DNA of 64,000 nt, taken from NCBI GenBank assembly GCA_023412665.1, contig JAEZCA010000041.1, forward strand, positions 2,058-66,057, given 5' to 3'. This DNA comes from Bacillota bacterium (GTDB taxonomy: Bacteria > Bacillota > Clostridia > Acetivibrionales > DTU013). Under the pieces are notes generated by a model. That model made no database searches and was not told where the DNA came from. It worked only from the letters and a program-made list of their open reading frames with translations. Within the stretch, counting starts at the first letter, position 1; each line of letters begins with the position of its first letter. Both the position numbers and the translations under genes were made by a program. Below, in pieces: positions 57,702-64,000 of this stretch.

Positions 57702-57731
57702 TTTACACGAACATGTGTTCGGTACTATAAT
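57702..57731 (+). promoter_or_regulatory. SOS promoter: -35/-10 with a LexA (Cheo) box in the spacer
   Basis: TTTACA (57702-57707), then CGAACATGTGTTCG (57708-57721; matches CGAAC-N4-GTTCG), then TATAAT (57726-57731), directly upstream of the polymerase gene. Confidence 0.65.
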
Positions 57732-57751
57732 AAACCTACGAGGTGTATTCA

Positions 57752-59002
57752 ATGGGCGAGCGGATCATTTTCCATATAGATGCAAACAGTGCGTTTCTAT
57801 CCTGGTCTGCAGTCAATGCATTGCAGCATGGTGCGACTGTTGATTTCAGGGAAATTCCATCGATCGTGGGAGGTAATCAGGCAACCCGGCATGGCATAGT
57901 GCTTGCAAAGAGCATTCCCGCAAAGAAGTATGGAATACAGACTGGCGAGCCGGTCATCGATGCAAGACAAAAATGTCCCGGCCTCCTGGTAGTGCCCCCG
58001 GAGTATTTCGTCTATATGAAATGCAGCTCAGCCATGGTCGACATCGTTAAGGATTATTCCGACATCATCCAGGTATTTTCCATCGATGAAATGTTCGTTG
58101 ACTATACCGGCATGGAAAAGCTGCTTGGAGACCCGGTCGAGTCGGCTCACCAGATAAAGGACAGGATCAAAAAGGAGCTGGGGTTCACCGTTTCAGTGGG
58201 CGTTTCTTCAAATAAACTATTGGCGAAAATGGCATCCGACCTTAAAAAGCCAGATGCTGTCACAACACTTTTCAAGGACGAGATACCATCGAAAATGTGG
58301 GGGCTCGGCGTGAGAGACCTTTACATGGTTGGGCAGGCAACAGAGGCAAAATTACAAAGGATGGGGATATTCACGATCGGAGACCTGGCCAATACTGAAA
58401 TCGAATTTCTGAAATACAAATTCAAGAGCTGGGGTGAGGTCCTTTGGTGTTATGCCAATGGAATCGAAGAGTCTCCTGTGAAGCCTGACGGAGCGATACC
58501 TTATATCAAAGGCATCGGCAACAGTTGCACCATACATTTTGACGTTGAGGACAAGGACACCGCACATAAGGTCCTGCTTTCCCTTGTTGAAACAGTAGGC
58601 ATGAGGCTCAGAAACGGCAAGTTTTGCTGCAGATTGGTCCAGGTTTCGATAAAAACCAGCGAACTCAAGTCTTACTCGCACCAGCATAAATTTTTTGTAC
58701 CCACCGATTGTACAAACGCCATCTACAAGGAAGCCTGCAGGCTCTTTGATAACATGTGGAAGGGCGAGCCGATCAGACATCTGGGTGTGAGGGTATCGGA
58801 GCTTTGCGGGAATGATTTTGTTCAGCTTTCCTTATTGGAGAACAGTTTTGAGAAGCAGAGACTGGTCGATCTGGCAGTTGATGATATCAGGCTGAAATAC
58901 GGAAACTTCAGTGTATTTCGAGCCGGATTCCTCCATACCAGGCTGGCGCCGATGCAAGGCGGCATTGTAGAGGACTTCCCAATAATGACAAGTATTCTAT
59001 GA
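57752..59002 (+). CDS. Y-family (DinB/UmuC/UvrX-like) translesion DNA polymerase
   Basis: Catalytic motifs 'IFHIDANSAFLS' and 'FSIDEMFVD', 'SVGVSSNKLLAKMASDLKKP', and a little-finger C-terminus. ATG 57752 lies 6 nt after GAGGTG. Confidence 0.9.
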   Translation: MGERIIFHIDANSAFLSWSAVNALQHGATVDFREIPSIVGGNQATRHGIVLAKSIPAKKYGIQTGEPVIDARQKCPGLLVVPPEYFVYMKCSSAMVDIVKDYSDIIQVFSIDEMFVDYTGMEKLLGDPVESAHQIKDRIKKELGFTVSVGVSSNKLLAKMASDLKKPDAVTTLFKDEIPSKMWGLGVRDLYMVGQATEAKLQRMGIFTIGDLANTEIEFLKYKFKSWGEVLWCYANGIEESPVKPDGAIPYIKGIGNSCTIHFDVEDKDTAHKVLLSLVETVGMRLRNGKFCCRLVQVSIKTSELKSYSHQHKFFVPTDCTNAIYKEACRLFDNMWKGEPIRHLGVRVSELCGNDFVQLSLLENSFEKQRLVDLAVDDIRLKYGNFSVFRAGFLHTRLAPMQGGIVEDFPIMTSIL

Positions 59003-59013
59003 GGGTGATATCG

Positions 59014-59277
59014 ATGAAGGTATATATGAAGCAAATCAAGATGATAGCATGGTTTACTGAGCATGGGATGCTGACTCCCTTAAAGTTTCAAATACAGGGC
59101 AGTGAAAATGACCTTGTCACTATCAGGGTCGATAATATAACGGAAAGGGGAGAGGAAAAGCTGGCCGGGAACAAGATGATGGTTTACAGGTGCCAGAGCG
59201 AGATCGATGGGGTGGAGAGGATTTATGAGCTGAAGTATGAGGTTGGGACGTGCAAATGGTATTTGTATAAGATGTGA
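59014..59277 (+). CDS. Small conserved-looking hypothetical protein, translationally coupled to the polymerase
   Basis: 87 aa starting 'MKVYMKQIKMIAWF'. GAGGGTGA lies 5 nt upstream and overlaps the polymerase stop. The same ORF recurs, broken, in both downstream repeat copies. Confidence 0.6.
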   Translation: MKVYMKQIKMIAWFTEHGMLTPLKFQIQGSENDLVTIRVDNITERGEEKLAGNKMMVYRCQSEIDGVERIYELKYEVGTCKWYLYKM

Positions 59278-59618
59278 AACATGTCTTTTATGTAGAATAA
59301 TAAAGGATTTTGAGTATATATGTTGGATTAAAATAGAATATAAACCTGTGAAGAAAAGTCTGTAAAATAAGCTTTCTATGATAAAATAAAAATGAGTATA
59401 TAAACGCCCTTTTCAAGGGCACTTTTGACATGCCATTTGCTTTTCTCTATATTGTAATCAAGGCTTGCAAGCCAAAATCTGGCTTACAAGCCCCAATAAA
59501 AATTATCGTAGAAAGCTAATTTACAGAGAAATATTCACACTCTCATTTTTTTCTTAAACATATTCAAACTCTTTTCACTAATATTTTATAATAGTTTAGT
59601 CAATATTATTTGATCACA

Positions 59619-59652
59619 AAGAAACTAAGATGAAAAATCATCTTAGTTTCTT
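59619..59652 (-). terminator. Terminator hairpin after the SDR gene
   Basis: AAGAAACTAAGATG-AAAAAT-CATCTTAGTTTCTT is a perfect 14-bp stem, 7 nt beyond the SDR stop. Confidence 0.5.
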
Positions 59653-59658
59653 GTTTAT

Positions 59659-60438
59659 TTAAAATGTAAATCCACCATCTACACCAATGTTTTGTGAAGT
59701 TATATATCTTGCTTCTTCAGTACATAAGAATGCAACCATATTTGCAATATCTATTGGATCTTGAGGTTTACCATTAGGTGTTCCTTTAGTCCATTCTGCC
59801 CATACACGATCACGTTCTGCTTGATCATCACCAGCCATTTGGTCTAAAATTTCTTCCCACATACTTGTTTTGATAATACCTGGACAAATACAGTTAACAG
59901 TTACATTATCAAGTGCAGCTTCTCTTCCTAAAGATGCTGTTGCTGCTAATACTGCTGCTTTTGTTGCACTATAAACACTAAATCCGCCAAGGCAAGCTTT
60001 TGCTGCGATTGAAGACATATTAACAATTTTACCAAACTTTTTAGGTCTCATGATTGCTAAAGCTTCTCTACATGAGTATAAAACCCCTTTAACATTAACA
60101 TCAATTGATAAATTAATATCATTTATACTTTGTTTTGTAAGTTCTTCTGTTAAACATACACCAGCACTATTTACAACATAATCAACAGTACCCCATTGTT
60201 CAACTATTGTTCTATACATTTTTGCTACTTGCTCGTAATCAGTCATATCTACTTCATATGCAATAGCTTGTGCACCAAGATTTCTTACTTCTTCAGCAAC
60301 CTTTTCACATCTTTCTCTTTTTACATCAGCAATTAATACATCTACTCCATTTTGAGCAAATAATAGTGCGCATTCTCTTCCAAGTCCACTACCACCACCA
60401 GTTACTAATGCTTTATTTCCTATAAAATTAAATTTCAT
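59659..60438 (-). CDS. Classical short-chain dehydrogenase/reductase (SDR)
   Basis: Cofactor motif 'TGGGSGLG', 'NSAG', and the catalytic 'S...YSATK' triad. ATG 60438 follows GAGGAGG. AT-rich codon usage. Confidence 0.85.
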   Translation of the reverse strand: MKFNFIGNKALVTGGGSGLGRECALLFAQNGVDVLIADVKRERCEKVAEEVRNLGAQAIAYEVDMTDYEQVAKMYRTIVEQWGTVDYVVNSAGVCLTEELTKQSINDINLSIDVNVKGVLYSCREALAIMRPKKFGKIVNMSSIAAKACLGGFSVYSATKAAVLAATASLGREAALDNVTVNCICPGIIKTSMWEEILDQMAGDDQAERDRVWAEWTKGTPNGKPQDPIDIANMVAFLCTEEARYITSQNIGVDGGFTF

Positions 60439-60889
60439 AAAAATCCTCCTCATTCCTTACTTTTTGTTTTATATTATTTTTTCTATATTATTTCTATTTT
60501 TGAAAATTATTATACAGCCAACAATGATAGCGGTTCCTTATAACATCACTAGGTCCGTGCAGGAGTTTAACTGTTGCTTTCATTTCGCTCCATAATACAA
60601 ATCCTTATCTGTACCAGAGCCTTGCCACTGAGGAAATAATAACTTTAAACACTCAGTCAAAATAATTATCCCCTTTTCTTATGCAATAATGTTCACGAGT
60701 GAACATTATTAACTGCTTATGATAAACTTCACTGTATATGAAATTACTCAAATAATCCTTAGTAACCCTGCTTACAGCAGGTAAAAACAATATGGTTGGA
60801 TTTTATACCATAAAATGCTATAATATCTATGCATTTATCAACATTATTATATCAACCTCAAAATAAAAAGATATCAAGGAGTGCCAACT

Positions 60890-61675
60890 ATGTATAAACA
60901 CCATATAGCAGCAATCGAAACAATAACTGACAAACTCAAAGCACGTGACGAGATCCTTGGTGTAATTATTGGAGGTTCAATAGCTCACGGATTTGCAAGT
61001 GAAGATTCCGATATTGACATAATGATTGTGCTATCTGAAGAGGATTACAAGAGAGCGTTAAAGGGAAATACCGTATTCTATTATGAAACGGAGTCCTGTA
61101 ATTATGAGGGTGGTTATGTTGATGGAAAATGTACATGTACCGATTATATAAAAAAAGTTGCCGAATTCGGCAGCGAACCTGCTAAATTTGCTTTTCAGGG
61201 TGCTTTTATTTCATATTCCAAAGTAAATGGGTTGGAGGAGCTTATTAAAGACGCGTCAAAGTACCCCGTGGAAAGGAAGCAAGAGAATATAAATAAATTC
61301 TATGCTCAATTTGAAACATGGAAGTGGTATTATTACGAAGGATTAAGAAAAAATAACAAATTGTTAATGTATTATAGCCTTTCCAACTATGTCTTATTTG
61401 CAGGAAGGCTCGTATTGGCATACAATGAGACTTTATTCCCTTCATACAAATGGTTTCTTAAAGTTTTGGAGGGTGTCGATAAAAAACCAGACAATCTTAT
61501 GTTGAACATAAATAACGTTATAGAACTAAAAGATAGTGCGTCCGTAGAGGCTTTGTACAATAGCATCAACAGCTTTAACGATTGGTATACTTCTGACAGG
61601 CACTGGTGTGAACAGTTTATGATTGATAGCCAGTTAAATTGGGTTGATGGGCCTGTGCCTGTTTTAGATATCTAG
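60890..61675 (+). CDS. Nucleotidyltransferase-domain protein (Pol-beta-superfamily NTase, KNTase-like architecture)
   Basis: 'GVIIGGSIAHGFASEDSDIDIMIV' carries the G-S...D-x-D NTase motif, followed by a helical C-terminal domain. ATG 60890 lies 9 nt after AAGGAG. The substrate cannot be inferred from sequence. Confidence 0.65.
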   Translation: MYKHHIAAIETITDKLKARDEILGVIIGGSIAHGFASEDSDIDIMIVLSEEDYKRALKGNTVFYYETESCNYEGGYVDGKCTCTDYIKKVAEFGSEPAKFAFQGAFISYSKVNGLEELIKDASKYPVERKQENINKFYAQFETWKWYYYEGLRKNNKLLMYYSLSNYVLFAGRLVLAYNETLFPSYKWFLKVLEGVDKKPDNLMLNINNVIELKDSASVEALYNSINSFNDWYTSDRHWCEQFMIDSQLNWVDGPVPVLDI

Positions 61676-61682
61676 TATCAGC

Positions 61683-62236
61683 TTTTGTCCCCACCGATTG
61701 TACAAACGCCATCTACAAAGAAGCCTGCAGGCTCTTTGATATCATGTGGAAGGGTGAGCCGATAAGGCATCTGGGCGTGAGGGTATCAGAGCTTTGCGGG
61801 AATGATTTTGTTCAGCTTTCCTTATTGGAAAACAGTTTTGAGAAGCAGAGACTGGTCGATCTGGCAGTTGATGATATCAGGCTGAAATACGGAAACTTCA
61901 GTGTATTTCGGGCCGGATTCCTTTATACCAGGCTGGCACCGATGCAAGGCGGCATTGTAGAGGATTTCCCAATAATGACAAGTATTCTATGAGGGTGATA
62001 TCGATGAAGGTATATATGAAGCAAATCAAGATGATACCATGGTTTACTGAGCATGGGATGCCGATTCCCTTAAGGTTTCTATCAGGGTCGATAATGTAAC
62101 GGAAAGAGGAGAGGAAAAGCTGGCCGGGAATAAGATGATGGTTTACAGGTGCCAGAGCGAGATCGATGGAGTTGAAAGGATTTATGAGCTGAAGTATGAG
62201 GTTGGGACGTGCAAGTGGTACTTGTATAAGATGTGA
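61683..62236 (+). pseudogene. Repeat copy B: the last ~100 codons of the Y-family polymerase plus a frameshifted small ORF
   Basis: Aligns to 58693-59277 base-for-base with scattered substitutions. A 31-nt deletion lies inside the small ORF ('TTAAGGTTTC|TATCAGGG'). Confidence 0.9.
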
Positions 62237-62432
62237 CAAGCAAGTGATAAATATTATTGAATTTTGCTTTGCCAGATACTAATCAGGTATAATGGTTTGA
62301 GAACAGGAAGCAGGTATCCAGGTTGAGAAGCTAGAGATTTTAATACCAATACTAAATTAAGGACAGCTTGCTTCCTTGTGTATATTAAATATGATATTTA
62401 GGAATTATCATTGAAAGTAAAATGGGGAAGAT

Positions 62433-63053
62433 ATGAATAGTGTTCGTAAATTATCAAATAAATGGATAGTTACTTGGGTAGTTTTAACTATATGTATATT
62501 GTTTATCGGATATTTGTCTTATGCAAAAAGATTAGAAATAGTTGTATTTCTATCATCACATAATGATTATGCACCTACATGGTCCTTGAATTATGTCGCA
62601 GTTGATGAGGGGAATTCGACGGTTGAGATATACTTTGACGACAACCATAAAAACAGGTCAGAAAGGATGGAAAGAATCAAAAAGACTTATCTATCAATTA
62701 AGGAAAAATTTCTAGACGATCCGGAAAGCCGTTATAGAAACTATACAATTAACATATATTTCAGAAATATAGGAGATGGTTTTGCAATCACCGGTATTAG
62801 CTCCGATTCTGATGATATACAGGTTCATGTAGGCATGGATGACCTGGGACTGTCAGTAAAAACTATTGCTGAATATTTTCCTAATGCCACAGGTTTAAGT
62901 TTATCGGGGGTACACTATGATGATATTAGTGAGTTCACTAATTTTGATCACCTGGAATATATATTTTTTGGACAGCGAGTATCCCAGGAAGAATGTGACA
63001 GTATTCAAAAAATGTTTCCTGGATGTGTAATAGACAAAATCAAGCAGGATTAG
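62433..63053 (+). CDS. Hypothetical membrane-anchored protein (cargo between copies B and C)
   Basis: 206 aa with N-terminal TM 'WIVTWVVLTICILFIGYLSY'. No motif recognised. AT-rich. Confidence 0.5.
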   Translation: MNSVRKLSNKWIVTWVVLTICILFIGYLSYAKRLEIVVFLSSHNDYAPTWSLNYVAVDEGNSTVEIYFDDNHKNRSERMERIKKTYLSIKEKFLDDPESRYRNYTINIYFRNIGDGFAITGISSDSDDIQVHVGMDDLGLSVKTIAEYFPNATGLSLSGVHYDDISEFTNFDHLEYIFFGQRVSQEECDSIQKMFPGCVIDKIKQD

Positions 63054-63134
63054 GAAGATAAATCCTATAAAGGCACTCCGGCTAAAGGTTTCAAGTTATA
63101 TTGGAACTCTTCTTTTATGCCTTTGACACCTAAT

Positions 63135-63947
63135 GATGCTGTCACAACACTTTTCAAGGACGAGATACCATCGAAAATGTGGAGGCTTGGCGTAAGAGAC
63201 CTTTACATGTTCGGGCAGGCAACAGAGGCAAAACTGCAAAGGATGGGGATATTCACGATCGGAGACCTGGCCAATACTGAAATCGAATTTCTGAAATGTT
63301 GCTGCAGATTGGTCCAGGTTTCGATAAAAACCAACGAACTGAAGTCTTACTCGCACCAGCACAAATTTTTTGTACCCACCGATTGTACAAACGCCATCTA
63401 TAAAGAGGCCTGCAGGCTCTTTGATAACATGTGGAAGGGCGAACCGATAAGGCATCTGGGTGTGAGGGTATCGGAGCTTTGCGGGAATGATTTTGTTCAG
63501 CTTTCCTTATTGGAAAATAGTTTTGAGAAGCAGAGACTGGTCGATCTGGCCGTTGATGATATCAGGCTGAAATACGGAAACTTCAGTGTATTTCGGGCCG
63601 GGTTCCTTCATACCAGGCTGGCGCCGATGCAAGGCGGCATTGTAGAGGACTTCCCAATAATGACAAGTATTCTATGAGGGTGATATCGATGAAGGTATAT
63701 ATGAAGCAAATCAAGATGATAACATGGTCTACAGAGTATGGGATGCTGACTCCCTTAAAGTTTCAAATACAGGGCAAACGACCTTGTCACTATCAGGGTC
63801 GATAACATAACGGAAAGGGGAGAGGAAAAGCTAGCCGGGAATAAGATGATGGTTTACAGGTGCCAGAGCGAGATCGATGGGATTGAGAAGGTATATGAGC
63901 TCAAGTATGAGGTTGGGACATGCAAGTGGTATTTGTATAAGATGTGA
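63135..63947 (+). pseudogene. Repeat copy C: internally deleted 3' portion of the Y-family polymerase plus a frameshifted small ORF
   Basis: Aligns to the intact unit from 58254 onward. It lacks about 58416-58622, an in-frame junction 'EIEFLK|CCRLVQ'. The small ORF has a net 5-nt loss ('CAGGGCAAACGACC' versus 'CAGGGCAGTGAAAATGACC'). Confidence 0.9.
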
Positions 63948-64000
63948 AACTTCCCCTAAGATTAACCAGTTTATAGTTAAAATCTTAGAATGATAATGAG

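Larger units (their letters stand above)
59278..61682. other. AT-rich insert 1 between repeat copies A and B (SDR + nucleotidyltransferase cargo)
   Basis: Homology to the other copies stops at the small-ORF stop codon. The codon usage of the SDR gene is visibly much more AT-rich than the surrounding genes. Confidence 0.5.

Noticed and set aside
57752-63947. Diversity-generating retroelement (template/variable repeat) explanation for the triplicated segment
   Set aside because: No reverse transcriptase is present. Differences between copies are mixed (G>C, T>C, C>T, A>G, G>A) rather than adenine-specific. Copies B and C also carry frameshifts and deletions.

Overview
This 64-kb chromosomal segment looks like it comes from a Clostridia-class Firmicute. 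That placement is an inference from gene content only: cdaA-cdaR...glmM, a glmS ribozyme, a CheD-containing che operon and a Cheo-type LexA box. The left third (1-10.8 kb) is housekeeping: a HAD phosphatase, an AmmeMemoRadiSam-type pair, c-di-AMP cyclase cdaA/cdaR, an FAD protein and glmM. From 10.9 to 28.0 kb there is a very dense signal-transduction block on the + strand. It holds two paralogous hybrid kinase + single-REC modules and a TetR-led cheY-cheA-cheW-mcp-cheR-cheB-cheD operon. That operon runs on into more kinases and receivers and ends in an Hpt-REC-GGDEF(degenerate)-REC protein. Next come the glmS ribozyme and glmS, then a Cys-rich ArsR regulator with a split two-gene version of GshF, a GNAT, and a LysM L,D-transpeptidase. 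A processive GT2 synthase and an amidase follow, bracketed by a duplicated amidase 3' end. After that come a Bce-like TCS/ABC module, a TetR-controlled redox operon, an intergenic double tandem-repeat array, a cysteine/methionine sulfur cluster (patB-like, metB/mccB-like, cymR-like, cysK), and a vanY-vanRS-like set. The right end (56.7-64 kb) is accessory. It has HigB-2/HigA-2, then a LexA-box-controlled Y-family polymerase with a small downstream ORF. Two decayed direct copies of that gene end follow, separating visibly AT-rich cargo genes. No rRNA, tRNA, CRISPR array, transposase or integrase was recognised. The most unusual items are the triplicated polymerase-end array and the Che-like pathway with a c-di-GMP-type degenerate output. 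All calls come from reading the translations and sequence by eye; no database search was run.
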